A stretch of DNA of 17,685 nucleotides from an uncultured archaeon. GTDB taxonomy: Archaea > Asgardarchaeota > Thorarchaeia > Thorarchaeales > Thorarchaeaceae. A model generated the notes under the pieces. It was given only the letters and a program-made list of their open reading frames with translations. It ran no database searches and was not told the origin of the DNA. The translations under genes and the position numbers were made by a program. Positions within the stretch are counted from its first letter, which is position 1. Every line of letters begins with the position of its first letter. The DNA lies in contig CAYWJO010000061.1 of the NCBI GenBank assembly GCA_964458565.1, positions 1 through 17,685 of the forward strand, given 5' to 3'. This document shows, one piece after another, positions 1 through 9,337 of the stretch.

Positions 1-1
1 T

Positions 2-1390
2 GACAATGTGCATGTAGTAAATCTAGATACGGTTGATTTCATATATAATGGAAGAGTAAAAGAAGCGTTGGGTTTCGATGCCAAATTCACTTCTCCTGAT
101 CCGAAGAAAGACCCAAGAATTGGTATCTTGAGAATGTTTCAGGAATCATCCAAACAAGTACCAATTTATGTTGACCTAAACAAATTAGTAAGGTATCATT
201 TTGGCGTCTTCTCATTCACAGGAGGAGGAAAGAGTAACCTTCTTTCTAATTTATTTAGGAGATTGATATATCATACAGATGACACTAAATTAGTAATCTT
301 CGATATATCATGCGAATATCCATTTCTGCTTGCTGATGTTTTTAGTGACAAAAAAATCAAAACTCGAATAATCTTAGAAGAAGAAGCAAAAACAGCAGAT
401 GACTTCGCACGGTCTATTGTTAAACCACGAGATTTCGAAGATGATTCTAGAGCGAACGAAGCACTCAAGAGTGTATATGATCGCGGCAATGTGACATTCA
501 TCCAAGCATCGGGATCAACAATTCCCACATATTCCAACATCCTATCAGACCTTCGCACTTTTCAAGAAAGTAATAGCGATAAACCAAATTACCTAGATGC
601 AATAGAAGGGATGCGATACAAGATTATTGATTGGTTGGACACAAAGAATCTGAATGAGAGTGACGAAGTTAATGATGCCTTTGTAGATATGTTTGCTACA
701 GAAGCTGTGACCATTGCAGAGACCTTCAAAGTTTACAAAGGAGCATCGTTACATGGATGGGCAAGCACTCGAGATTTATTAAAGGATAGAATCGCAAGAG
801 CAAAGAAAGCTCAAGCAGGAACGCGACGAGGAGTAGCAATTGATGATATTTTGAAAATGTTATCTGGACCAGAAAGGGTAATCTGTATCTCAATTGCCGA
901 ACCAGAGATATTACGCGATGTCGTTATCGCTTTGACAAATGCTTCTCTAAGATATAGAAAGAAAAGTTTCGTTATCAAACCACAAATACTCTTTGTCTTT
1001 GATGAAGCACAGGAATTCATTCCATCCTCTGCAAGTGGTCAACTATTGTCATGCAGTAGAGCGGTTGAACGCTTGTTAAGACAAGGAAGAAAATATGGAT
1101 TGGGTGGAGCGATTGCAACGCAACGAATTGCATATCTCAATACCAACATTATGCAGCAGCTCCATACATTCTTTGTGGGTACACTCCCGAGACCATATGA
1201 TCGCACTGTTGTAAGCAGCTCATTCCAAATCGACATTAGTATTCTTGACAAGACACTTGAATTTCCACCAGGTTCTTGGTTACTCTCAAGTTATATTGCA
1301 ACAGGTCTAGATAGTGTTCCAATCTTCGTAAAAGCCGATAATTCAGAAGATGTTTTAGAATTTCATCTTCAGCAGGCAGTATCCTCTTGA
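2..1390 (+). CDS. HerA/FtsK-superfamily (DUF87-type) P-loop ATPase, 5'-truncated by the window edge
   Basis: Walker A variant (HFGVFSFTGGGKS), Walker B LFVFDEAQEF, and the HerA motifs RQGRKYG and ATQR. The frame is open from base 2 (gac aat gtg), so the true start and any N-terminal HAS barrel lie upstream. Confidence 0.85.
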   Translation, partial: DNVHVVNLDTVDFIYNGRVKEALGFDAKFTSPDPKKDPRIGILRMFQESSKQVPIYVDLNKLVRYHFGVFSFTGGGKSNLLSNLFRRLIYHTDDTKLVIFDISCEYPFLLADVFSDKKIKTRIILEEEAKTADDFARSIVKPRDFEDDSRANEALKSVYDRGNVTFIQASGSTIPTYSNILSDLRTFQESNSDKPNYLDAIEGMRYKIIDWLDTKNLNESDEVNDAFVDMFATEAVTIAETFKVYKGASLHGWASTRDLLKDRIARAKKAQAGTRRGVAIDDILKMLSGPERVICISIAEPEILRDVVIALTNASLRYRKKSFVIKPQILFVFDEAQEFIPSSASGQLLSCSRAVERLLRQGRKYGLGGAIATQRIAYLNTNIMQQLHTFFVGTLPRPYDRTVVSSSFQIDISILDKTLEFPPGSWLLSSYIATGLDSVPIFVKADNSEDVLEFHLQQAVSS

Positions 1391-1403
1391 TTTTGTTTGG
1401 AGC

Positions 1404-2132
1404 TCATTCATGGTATTCATGACCGTGAGTAATTGCTTTGTCCACGTCACGTAAAGATGCAAAATCCCCAAGAAGATGACCGGCTTTCTCCATTTTTGTT
1501 TGAAGATAGAACTCGCTATACTCAGTTGTTTCCATTATGTGTGGAATTCGCTCCGTAATCTTGATTCCATGCTTTTTTAATTGCTCAAGTTTTTCAGGGT
1601 TATTCGTTAGCAATCTGATTGATTTAACACCAAGAGTTCCTAGCATATGTGCTGCAACTCCATAATCTCGTTCGTCAGGTTGCCAGCCAAGAAGCAGGTT
1701 TGCTTCCACCGTATCATACCCTTGGTCCTGTAAGGCATAAGATTTGAGTTTCTCTGTGAGTCCGATGTTACGCCCTTCTTGTCGAAGGTATATCAATATC
1801 CCAGTTCCTTCATTCTCGATATATTTTAGACCACTTATAAGTTGGTCTCGACAATCACATCGTTTACTACCAAGGACATCTCCTGTTAGACATTCCGAGT
1901 GGACTCTGACAACAATCTCTTCTTTGTTCACGACATCTCCTTTTATTATCGCTGTGTGCTCTTTTCCATCACAAGGACTTACGAATCCGCAGATCTGAAA
2001 TTCGCCAAACATACTAGGCAAATTAGCTACAGCGACAAGTTGAACACAACAGTCCTCAGGATCACAACTATGGTCTTTGCTTGCTTCTAATAGATATGCA
2101 ATTTGTTCTTTTGATAACTTCATGAAACCCAC
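1404..2132 (-). CDS. ribA: GTP cyclohydrolase II
   Basis: VRVHSECLTGDVLGSKRCDC (Zn-binding Cys), YLRQEGRNIGL, DERDYG, LLTNNPEK and YLQTK..GH motifs. The start may be the ATG at 2123. Confidence 0.95.
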   Translation of the reverse strand: MGFMKLSKEQIAYLLEASKDHSCDPEDCCVQLVAVANLPSMFGEFQICGFVSPCDGKEHTAIIKGDVVNKEEIVVRVHSECLTGDVLGSKRCDCRDQLISGLKYIENEGTGILIYLRQEGRNIGLTEKLKSYALQDQGYDTVEANLLLGWQPDERDYGVAAHMLGTLGVKSIRLLTNNPEKLEQLKKHGIKITERIPHIMETTEYSEFYLQTKMEKAGHLLGDFASLRDVDKAITHGHEYHE

Positions 2133-2220
2133 TATTCTAGTTTTATGAAGACACCCCTCCGACCTCTTAATATATAGCTTTCACTCTGGATTAATTATCA
2201 GACAAAAAGGTTGTTTCAAT

Positions 2221-3279
2221 ATGGGTACTGATTTCAATACCGTCTGCGAAAAAACACGTGAATGGCTCAAAGAGAATACGAAAGTATTTGCCTTCAAGAA
2301 ATTAGAGAAAGACATCATAGTAACGGAGGTTTGCGTTGAATGTGGACAATGCGTATCTATATGTCCCGAGAATGCCTTAACTGGAGATACTAGCTCCGGA
2401 AAGTATGTACCAACTCTCACCGGAAAATGTACTGCTTGCGGACTCTGCTATGCAATGTGTCCTCGTACAAAATTCAGTACTGAGGATCTCTTAGGAGATT
2501 TTCAAAGTGCATGGCGTGTAAGAGCTGTCAATAAATCACCAGACAGTCAAGATGGTGGAGCAGTAACCGTATTTTTGCAAACATTGTTAGAAAACAAATT
2601 CGCTAAGGGAGCAGTAGTTACATGTCAAAGTGATACTGAGCCATGGAGACCGATAGCCAAATTAGTGTCAGCTAATTCAAACTTATCAGATTGTGCGGGG
2701 ACATTGTATACTCATTCACCTGTGGTAGATGTACTGTTGAAGACATATGCACATGAAATTAAGGATCTCGCAATAGTAGGGACTTCATGCAATATCGAAG
2801 CAGTTGTTAAAATGGAATCTTACTTATCGAAAAACGTTAGCAAAGATGATCGAATAGAAGTTTTCAAGATTGGCCTTTTCTGCATGGAATCATTTGATTA
2901 TCCAGGTTTAGTTGGATTTCTCAAAGATGCTGGAATCAATATAGAGCATGTAACAAAGATGGCAATTAGTGGAGGTAAATTCAAAGTTAATCATAATGAT
3001 AAGGAAACAGAGTGGCCAATAGCTGAATTGGATCATATTGCCGCAAAATCTTGTAGTGTCTGTCGAGACTTTACATGCAAAGGTGCAGACATTTCCTGTG
3101 GTAATGTAGGAACAGAAGAAGGCTGGTCAACTGTGCTTATCAGGTCGAATAGAGCTGCTGCACTACTTGAAGCAGCAAAGAACAATGGTGCAATTGAAGC
3201 CGAGGAGCTAGAACCGAAGGATATCAGGATCATCGGAAATGTAGCTCGATTGAAGGCAACAAAGCATTACAAAAATTGA
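2221..3279 (+). CDS. Coenzyme F420 hydrogenase/dehydrogenase beta-subunit family protein with N-terminal 2x[4Fe-4S] ferredoxin (FrhB/FpoF-like)
   Basis: CVECGQCVSICP and CTACGLCYAMCP ferredoxin motifs. FrhB motifs QDGGAVT, VGTSC, IGLFCMESF and CSVCRDF..ADISCGNVG..GWSTVLIRS. Confidence 0.9.
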   Translation: MGTDFNTVCEKTREWLKENTKVFAFKKLEKDIIVTEVCVECGQCVSICPENALTGDTSSGKYVPTLTGKCTACGLCYAMCPRTKFSTEDLLGDFQSAWRVRAVNKSPDSQDGGAVTVFLQTLLENKFAKGAVVTCQSDTEPWRPIAKLVSANSNLSDCAGTLYTHSPVVDVLLKTYAHEIKDLAIVGTSCNIEAVVKMESYLSKNVSKDDRIEVFKIGLFCMESFDYPGLVGFLKDAGINIEHVTKMAISGGKFKVNHNDKETEWPIAELDHIAAKSCSVCRDFTCKGADISCGNVGTEEGWSTVLIRSNRAAALLEAAKNNGAIEAEELEPKDIRIIGNVARLKATKHYKN

Positions 3280-3283
3280 TCAC

Positions 3284-3835
3284 ATGATGGATAGAATCAT
3301 GCAGTCCAATATTCTTCTTACGGGAAGACCAGGAATAGGAAAGACCACTGCGATTCGAAAGATAGTGGACGCACTTGGAGAGAAAAGAGTGGGTGGTTTC
3401 TGGTCAAGTGAGATGAGGAAAGAAGGAAGAAGAATCGGTTTCTCAATCAATACATTAAGCGGAATCAATGGAGTTCTAGCTCATATTGATTTTACATTTG
3501 AACCAAGAGTGGGAAAATATCGAGTAAATGTCCAAGATATTGATGAAATTGCAGTTCCGGCTTTAGCTTCTGCAAGAAAAGAGAGAAGAATCATTATTGT
3601 TGACGAAATCGCATCTATGGAGTTATACTCAGATAAGTTCAGAAATGAGATCAAACTATGCCTTGATACAAAGGGAGTTCTCGGGACAATTCAGATGAAA
3701 CATCATCCCGTTCTCAATGTCATAAGAGCGAGAGAGGATGTATCCATATTCACACTTACAGAAAAGAATAGAAACCTCATTCCTGATAAGGTAATTGAGA
3801 TCATCCATTCATTTCTTAGCGAGTACGAGTCCTGA
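3284..3835 (+). CDS. THEP1-family nucleoside triphosphatase (NTPase_1)
   Basis: ILLTGRPGIGKTT Walker A, GGFWS.E.R..GRRIGF, VGKYRV and IIVDEIASMEL Walker B. Confidence 0.92.
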   Translation: MMDRIMQSNILLTGRPGIGKTTAIRKIVDALGEKRVGGFWSSEMRKEGRRIGFSINTLSGINGVLAHIDFTFEPRVGKYRVNVQDIDEIAVPALASARKERRIIIVDEIASMELYSDKFRNEIKLCLDTKGVLGTIQMKHHPVLNVIRAREDVSIFTLTEKNRNLIPDKVIEIIHSFLSEYES

Positions 3836-5558
3836 AGTATAGTGAGAGAATCACAATCAAGGACAATGCTCCTAAGACCAATAGCAATCCCCAGACTATA
3901 CTTGGTGTAGGTTCAGGAGACATAGTACTGATATTAAATTCAATCCAATCAGTTGTAGATGCATTCTGAGCCGTGGAATTGTCTACAGCGGTCACTCGAT
4001 AATATAGTACAGTACCTAGAACGAAGTCACCCAAGGTTGCGGAGAAGAGATTATTGCTTACAGAAGTCATTGATTCTTCGTTAATTGATTCGTTTAGACT
4101 TGTATACCACTCAACCTCTGCATGATTGATACCATTGAGGTCTGCGATGTACGCTTGTACAGCTAACGTATTCTCACTGACTGTAGCGAATGATTCAATG
4201 ACAGTAACAGAATCGATGAGGGGCATTTGTGAATCTGGTGAAACATCTACAAATACAATATCAGATGACAATTGTTCGAAATAATCAACCAGTGTTAGAT
4301 TCAACTCATAGAGACCTGGTAGATAACCATCAACATTGAGAGTTATGTTCTCTCCCCGCCAGCGTCCTTCTTGTATTATCTCACCATCTAGTGTCAGATT
4401 GTAGGATAAGGGATTACTTTCTTCCGCAGACCATTCCAAGTTGAATCCTGTATATCCCTCTTCATAATCAACATTGCCAGGAGATTCTATTATAGGAGCA
4501 CGAATATCGTGATAAATTGTGATGTTTACTGAGTCTGTTACATTCAGGTCATTGATATCGAATAATGTTAGAGAATAAGTATAATTTCCAACATAGAGTC
4601 GGTCTAAGGCAAATTCAATGTTTAGGCCATCAGGATTTGTAATAGTCCACGATTCGGTTGTATTTGAAGGTGGTCCAGTGAATTCTGATGAGTTGCCATA
4701 ATTAGGGTCATTGCTAATTACGATTACTTCTAGTGAGTAGTTCTTTGGATTACTGTCATAGGTGTGCCATGTGAGGAAATGAGAACTTGACCCGAATTCA
4801 AAAGATATGTCATCGGGAGAGTCAATCACTGGTGCAGAGAGATCAGGGGAGACAGTAATATTCACACTAGCAGATGCTTCATGACCAAGTGTATCATTGA
4901 GCCAAATCGTGTATTCGTACCATCTTGATTCGTTTAGCATGTCAACATTGATTGTGAAATTTTGACCACCCCAGTTCCCAGAATCAATAATTGATTCATT
5001 ACCACTTGTTTCATTGGATCTACGTGTAATATTGAAGAAATCAGGATTAGTCTCTGTAATATTCCATCTGATGTAATTACCAATGCTCCCAACTTCATAC
5101 TCAAAGTCCAGGGGCGATTCGATTTGTGGAGGAGTTGTATCCGGTTGAACTAAGACTTCCACTACATCAGAGATTGAGTCATTTTCCATATCGAATACAA
5201 TACACTCGTAGATGAATAGGATAGGAACTGCAGTCACCAAATCATCTCTGTATATCCAATCAACTGGAATATCTATTATTCTACCATCCCATGATGCAGA
5301 TGATTCTATAATCGTATCATTTCTCGTCACGGTATAGTTCTTTGGAACATCTGTTGTAGCATTCCATACAATGATTTTTCCGAATGTGCCATTTTCAAAT
5401 GTGATATCATCGGGATGAGTGATTGTAATCTCACCTGAGAGTTGAATGTCATGAGATACATGTAGATTTGTACTCACGTTAGCTGATATCAAGGGTGACA
5501 TCATGAAACAGATAAGGATGAACGATAGTAACAATCGATTGAATTTGGTTGGCTTCAT
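3816..5558 (-). CDS. Membrane-anchored surface glycoprotein with tandem Ig-like repeats
   Basis: N-terminal signal peptide. Four ~100-aa repeats (HPDDITFENG..W, SPLDFEYEVG..W, SPDDISFEFG..W, SPGNVDYEEG..W, each followed by D/E-x-[NV]-P-x-x-[YF]). Many NxS/T sequons. C-terminal TM helix followed by RTRTR. Confidence 0.8.
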   Translation of the reverse strand: MKPTKFNRLLLSFILICFMMSPLISANVSTNLHVSHDIQLSGEITITHPDDITFENGTFGKIIVWNATTDVPKNYTVTRNDTIIESSASWDGRIIDIPVDWIYRDDLVTAVPILFIYECIVFDMENDSISDVVEVLVQPDTTPPQIESPLDFEYEVGSIGNYIRWNITETNPDFFNITRRSNETSGNESIIDSGNWGGQNFTINVDMLNESRWYEYTIWLNDTLGHEASASVNITVSPDLSAPVIDSPDDISFEFGSSSHFLTWHTYDSNPKNYSLEVIVISNDPNYGNSSEFTGPPSNTTESWTITNPDGLNIEFALDRLYVGNYTYSLTLFDINDLNVTDSVNITIYHDIRAPIIESPGNVDYEEGYTGFNLEWSAEESNPLSYNLTLDGEIIQEGRWRGENITLNVDGYLPGLYELNLTLVDYFEQLSSDIVFVDVSPDSQMPLIDSVTVIESFATVSENTLAVQAYIADLNGINHAEVEWYTSLNESINEESMTSVSNNLFSATLGDFVLGTVLYYRVTAVDNSTAQNASTTDWIEFNISTMSPEPTPSIVWGLLLVLGALSLIVILSLYFRTRTR

Positions 5559-5718
5559 CAGATTCCTTCCTTGAATTATTCATCAGAGCTTTGTAATCGA
5601 GCGGTCATTGGAGTGTGGTTTTATACCCTTCGGTATATTTCGATGGTGTATATCAAGGCAAGTCTATTAAGCCAATTTGTGTTATGACATCTTAACCTGT
5701 GTTGTGCATTACTAACGA

Positions 5719-6654
5719 TTGGGGGTAAAGAAAGTGCCCAAAGCCATGTTTGCAATTTGGTGGGATAACACACTCGGACCGATGACAGGTCGGAGCTACC
5801 CTGAGGACATTGCACTCAAAGAGGATGAAGCACTTGTGGTGTTTATGGGGCATGGCACTCAACAAGAAGCAAAGATTGGCTATACTAATCTCAGTCGTGG
5901 TTTAATCATTTCATATTTGGAAACTCCAAACTGCATTGCAGTATTGTTAGATGAAGATGATGATACTAGCGTTGTTGAAAGAAACCTGCAACGAATTGTT
6001 TCAGAGATTGATTTCAATGCCGATACCTGGGATGATGAACTAAAGAAGTCATTTCATCATCTGCATGAACTCATTCGAGCTTCGTCAGGAGATGAACTCC
6101 TCTCAGATCCTTCCATTACGAGATTGATCCGTGATATGGAAGAAGAGAGATTAGATAGTATTATTCCGAAACATACTCTCCATCTGAAGACAAGATACCC
6201 TAATGCAGCAGAATATCTGGGTCAGGATATTGATGAAGTTGAAAGGAAACTTCATGATTTGGCAAATGAAGAGCTAGTAATAACAAAGACATATGGACGG
6301 AAGGTTGAATGCACGTCATGTGGTAGTTCAGAAGTAGAAATTGTCATTCATTGTCCTAACTGTGACTCAAAAGAACTATACAATGTTTACTCAATCTTTT
6401 GCCCTCATTGCAAAGACCGGATACATTCTGTTATTGAAGATGATATAACTGAAATAATATGTCAGAGCTGCAAAAGACCAGTGTCTGTTTCAAATCTAGA
6501 CATCATCTCAGTAGAACCTCTCTGTAAATCATGCGGCACTGCAACGGATAAACCAAAGATATCGTTGAAATGCGGAGTATGCAACAGACCATTAGAAGCC
6601 GTCGATTTACTTGGTGGAACAGGGCTAGCGTATTATCCAGCTGGGAAGGAGTAA
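5719..6654 (+). CDS. uDENN/longin-like N-terminal domain plus helical/wHTH region and multi-Zn-ribbon (TackOD1-like) C-terminus
   Basis: N-terminal hydrophobic strand followed by WDNTLGP....YPED, the signature of uDENN/NPR2-type longins. Six CxxC pairs in the C-terminal ~110 aa, preceded by RYP...LHDLANEELV. The start could be the GTG at 5734. Confidence 0.6.
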   Translation: MGVKKVPKAMFAIWWDNTLGPMTGRSYPEDIALKEDEALVVFMGHGTQQEAKIGYTNLSRGLIISYLETPNCIAVLLDEDDDTSVVERNLQRIVSEIDFNADTWDDELKKSFHHLHELIRASSGDELLSDPSITRLIRDMEEERLDSIIPKHTLHLKTRYPNAAEYLGQDIDEVERKLHDLANEELVITKTYGRKVECTSCGSSEVEIVIHCPNCDSKELYNVYSIFCPHCKDRIHSVIEDDITEIICQSCKRPVSVSNLDIISVEPLCKSCGTATDKPKISLKCGVCNRPLEAVDLLGGTGLAYYPAGKE

Positions 6655-6658
6655 ACAA

Positions 6659-8248
6659 TCAACTCTTGTTATTTTGTTCCTTAAACTCTTTATGAACAAT
6701 CTTGCGAGCTTCAGCAACTATTTTTTCTGCTCGGGATTGACTTAAACCTTCGATTTTTTGAGCCAATCTTGGAGCTGTTTCTCCTGCTAGTTGCGCTGCA
6801 GAGGAGTATCCAGCCTTACGGAGTTTTGATTCCAATGCTTCACCTATTCCGGGAACTCGTCTAAGAGGAAGAGCTGATTGCAAATCACCTCCAAGAATCT
6901 CACTCATTTCACTATCACTAAGCTCATCTGCAGCTCCCATTATAGTCAACTGAGTTTGAATTGATTCGAAATCTTCATCCCCTAAGAATGCCTCCACAGT
7001 TTCTGCAACTACCTTGTCGTCAAAATCGAGTGCTAGCTCCTCCATCTCAACTTCTCGTCCTAGTATTTGAGGTAGATGACCCGAGAAATATAAGGATACG
7101 AGCGAGAGTAAAATCGAGAACTGTCCAGCAACGTTGAGAATCTCAGGAGGTGCACTCCAAACTCCAAGGGATAATGCCCAGAAAAGTGCCATATATCCAA
7201 GATAAAATATCCAAACGGATGCTAGCCGTAGACCTTTCGTTCTCGGAGACCCTATCTCCGTCCATATCAAGAGGAAACACGAACCAAAGATGAATCCCTC
7301 TACAATTCGTTCAACGGCAAGGAGTGGTGCTGCTACAATCCAAAATGTGTCCAATACTCCAGGATTACTATAACCATAAAATGCAGTACTGAAAATCGCT
7401 AATAGACCCATAAGGAGAATGGCAAAGCTGAAAGTCGTTTTTCTTCCTCTAAAATCAGCAATTACGCCACCTAGTGCAGCTCCCATAGCAAGAAAGAGAA
7501 GCTCATAGGAGCCTATACCAGAATATTGAGCCAACGATACATATGTAGGATCCCAGCTCAAACCTATTTCTATATCCTTCAGGTTTGAAAAATACCAAAG
7601 CATATGTGCTGCGAGAAGTGCAATCATCGGTACAAAGTAACTCGCAGGCCTCCCTCTTACTGCAAGAGGGACTTCCTTCTGCCTCCAAGGTCTCAATGCA
7701 ATGGATGCGAATATACAAACTAATGCAAGTACAAAGGGTATTGAGAAATCGCCTAATGCTAATCCAAATCCGAATTGTATTAGAATATCATATCCTAGAG
7801 TAAGCAATAGAGATGATACTAGAAAGAATGCAGATAGCCGTCCACGGAATCTAACAACGACAGTCCGATTAAGTCGAACTACCCAAGAGATCATAAAAAT
7901 CGTAAAACCTGAGAAGAACAGAATAACTGTGATTGTTTCTATCAACGGAGAAAAACTAGGTGGAAAAAAATTGATAGCTCCCAAGAATGCGAATAAAAGA
8001 GGACCCAATGAACCTCCGTATATCCCGATGATAGGTCTTCTAATCCAATCAACCATAATCCCACACATAGGGATAGTAATAGCAGCTGCCAACGCACCAT
8101 AGCCAAGAAGTAAATAATGATCAACTGGTGAGGAGAAATAGGTCATGGAGATAAGTCCATTTACAAGATAGATGAAGTATGTAAAATAGGGGAAAAATAA
8201 CAGGTAACCAACCGAGGTCTTCATTGGAAATTCGCGATATTCGAGCAT
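6659..8248 (-). CDS. MFS-like 12-TM membrane protein fused to a C-terminal helix-hairpin-helix (RadA-N/HHH_5-like) domain
   Basis: About 12 hydrophobic segments. MFS motif A-like GGVIADFRGRK and GIMVDWIRRP. Acidic linker, then LRRVPGIGEALESKLRKAGY...IEGLSQSRAEKIV. The ATG at 8248 is preferred over the TTG at 8278 because GGAGA lies upstream of it. Confidence 0.7.
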   Translation of the reverse strand: MLEYREFPMKTSVGYLLFFPYFTYFIYLVNGLISMTYFSSPVDHYLLLGYGALAAAITIPMCGIMVDWIRRPIIGIYGGSLGPLLFAFLGAINFFPPSFSPLIETITVILFFSGFTIFMISWVVRLNRTVVVRFRGRLSAFFLVSSLLLTLGYDILIQFGFGLALGDFSIPFVLALVCIFASIALRPWRQKEVPLAVRGRPASYFVPMIALLAAHMLWYFSNLKDIEIGLSWDPTYVSLAQYSGIGSYELLFLAMGAALGGVIADFRGRKTTFSFAILLMGLLAIFSTAFYGYSNPGVLDTFWIVAAPLLAVERIVEGFIFGSCFLLIWTEIGSPRTKGLRLASVWIFYLGYMALFWALSLGVWSAPPEILNVAGQFSILLSLVSLYFSGHLPQILGREVEMEELALDFDDKVVAETVEAFLGDEDFESIQTQLTIMGAADELSDSEMSEILGGDLQSALPLRRVPGIGEALESKLRKAGYSSAAQLAGETAPRLAQKIEGLSQSRAEKIVAEARKIVHKEFKEQNNKS

Positions 8249-8372
8249 TATTGTATCTCCAAGATGTGTCGCAAGCATTGTCGATATAACAAGAAGCTTT
8301 CGGATTTGAATTCGTCATGGGATACCTTAAAGGCAAATCAACATTTTTCGGATAAAGAGGAGAGAACCATTT

Positions 8373-9278
8373 TTGGACAAAAAACTCAAGGTTCTAGAAT
8401 TCATGGTGTTAAAATCAGGTGGAGTACCTGTGTTCCATTATTCGACCCAAGGAACTGAGAAACTAGATGAGCTTCTCTCAGGATTTCTCTCAGCTATAAC
8501 AAGTTTCGCTACAGAATTTGGAGAGAAGTCAGTGCAGAGTCTGACATTTGAGGGGTCAGAACTCCTATATGAAGAATTACCTGATAATACACTATTCATT
8601 TTTCTCGTTGAAACTGGTGCATCGAAAAAGATACTGAGAACTATCTTGAGAGAACTTGCTACAAGATTCATGAAACGGTATGAAAGCGAGATCAAAATGG
8701 ATGTACCTATAAAAGAACTATTCATGAGTTTTGAAACCGAGGTAAGAGAGGTCTTTACTTATTACGAAGAGATTCTCTATATTACATCTAGTCTTAGTTC
8801 ATTTGTTGTCCCGAGTATTCGTCGAGATGTTTTAAGAGAGTTAAATGAAAAAGAAGGATTCATCGATGCTTTCCATCGAGATTATGGTGCAGTGGGAACA
8901 AGAATATTGGATAGTATTGATGGGAAGAAATCTATCTACGAAATAAGTGGAAAGATAGGTCTGCTTGAAGAAGATACATCAGAGATAATTGAGTATCTCA
9001 GTATCTCCGGAGTGATTGAAGTTTCGAAGATGTGTCCCCAAATTGGAACGAATGATACACGATTTGATGCATATCTTGATCTCATTGGATTACCACGAAA
9101 AGATTACCAGTTGCTCCAAAGGGCGAGGTCATTCTGTACAGGTGAAAAGACTGTTGCTGAAATTGCGGATCGATTAAGTGTAACTGCTGAGAGGCTTTAT
9201 GAGGTTCTGACTAAGTTAGGCGATTCTGTCAATTGGAAACTTGTCAAAGTATCGGGATTACCACAACGAATAATCTAA
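8373..9278 (+). CDS. Longin-domain protein with two C-terminal winged-helix domains
   Basis: Asgard-type longin signature VLKSGGVPVFHY...LLSGFLSAITSFATE...F..RY. Winged-helix-like segments IDGKKSIYEIS...YLSISGVI and CTGEKTVAEIA. TTG start with GAGGAG SD. Confidence 0.75.
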   Translation: MDKKLKVLEFMVLKSGGVPVFHYSTQGTEKLDELLSGFLSAITSFATEFGEKSVQSLTFEGSELLYEELPDNTLFIFLVETGASKKILRTILRELATRFMKRYESEIKMDVPIKELFMSFETEVREVFTYYEEILYITSSLSSFVVPSIRRDVLRELNEKEGFIDAFHRDYGAVGTRILDSIDGKKSIYEISGKIGLLEEDTSEIIEYLSISGVIEVSKMCPQIGTNDTRFDAYLDLIGLPRKDYQLLQRARSFCTGEKTVAEIADRLSVTAERLYEVLTKLGDSVNWKLVKVSGLPQRII

Positions 9279-9337
9279 TCTAAATCTGCGAAGGTATAAG
9301 AGGTTACTAACAGCTATGGTATAAGGAGGAACCTGCT

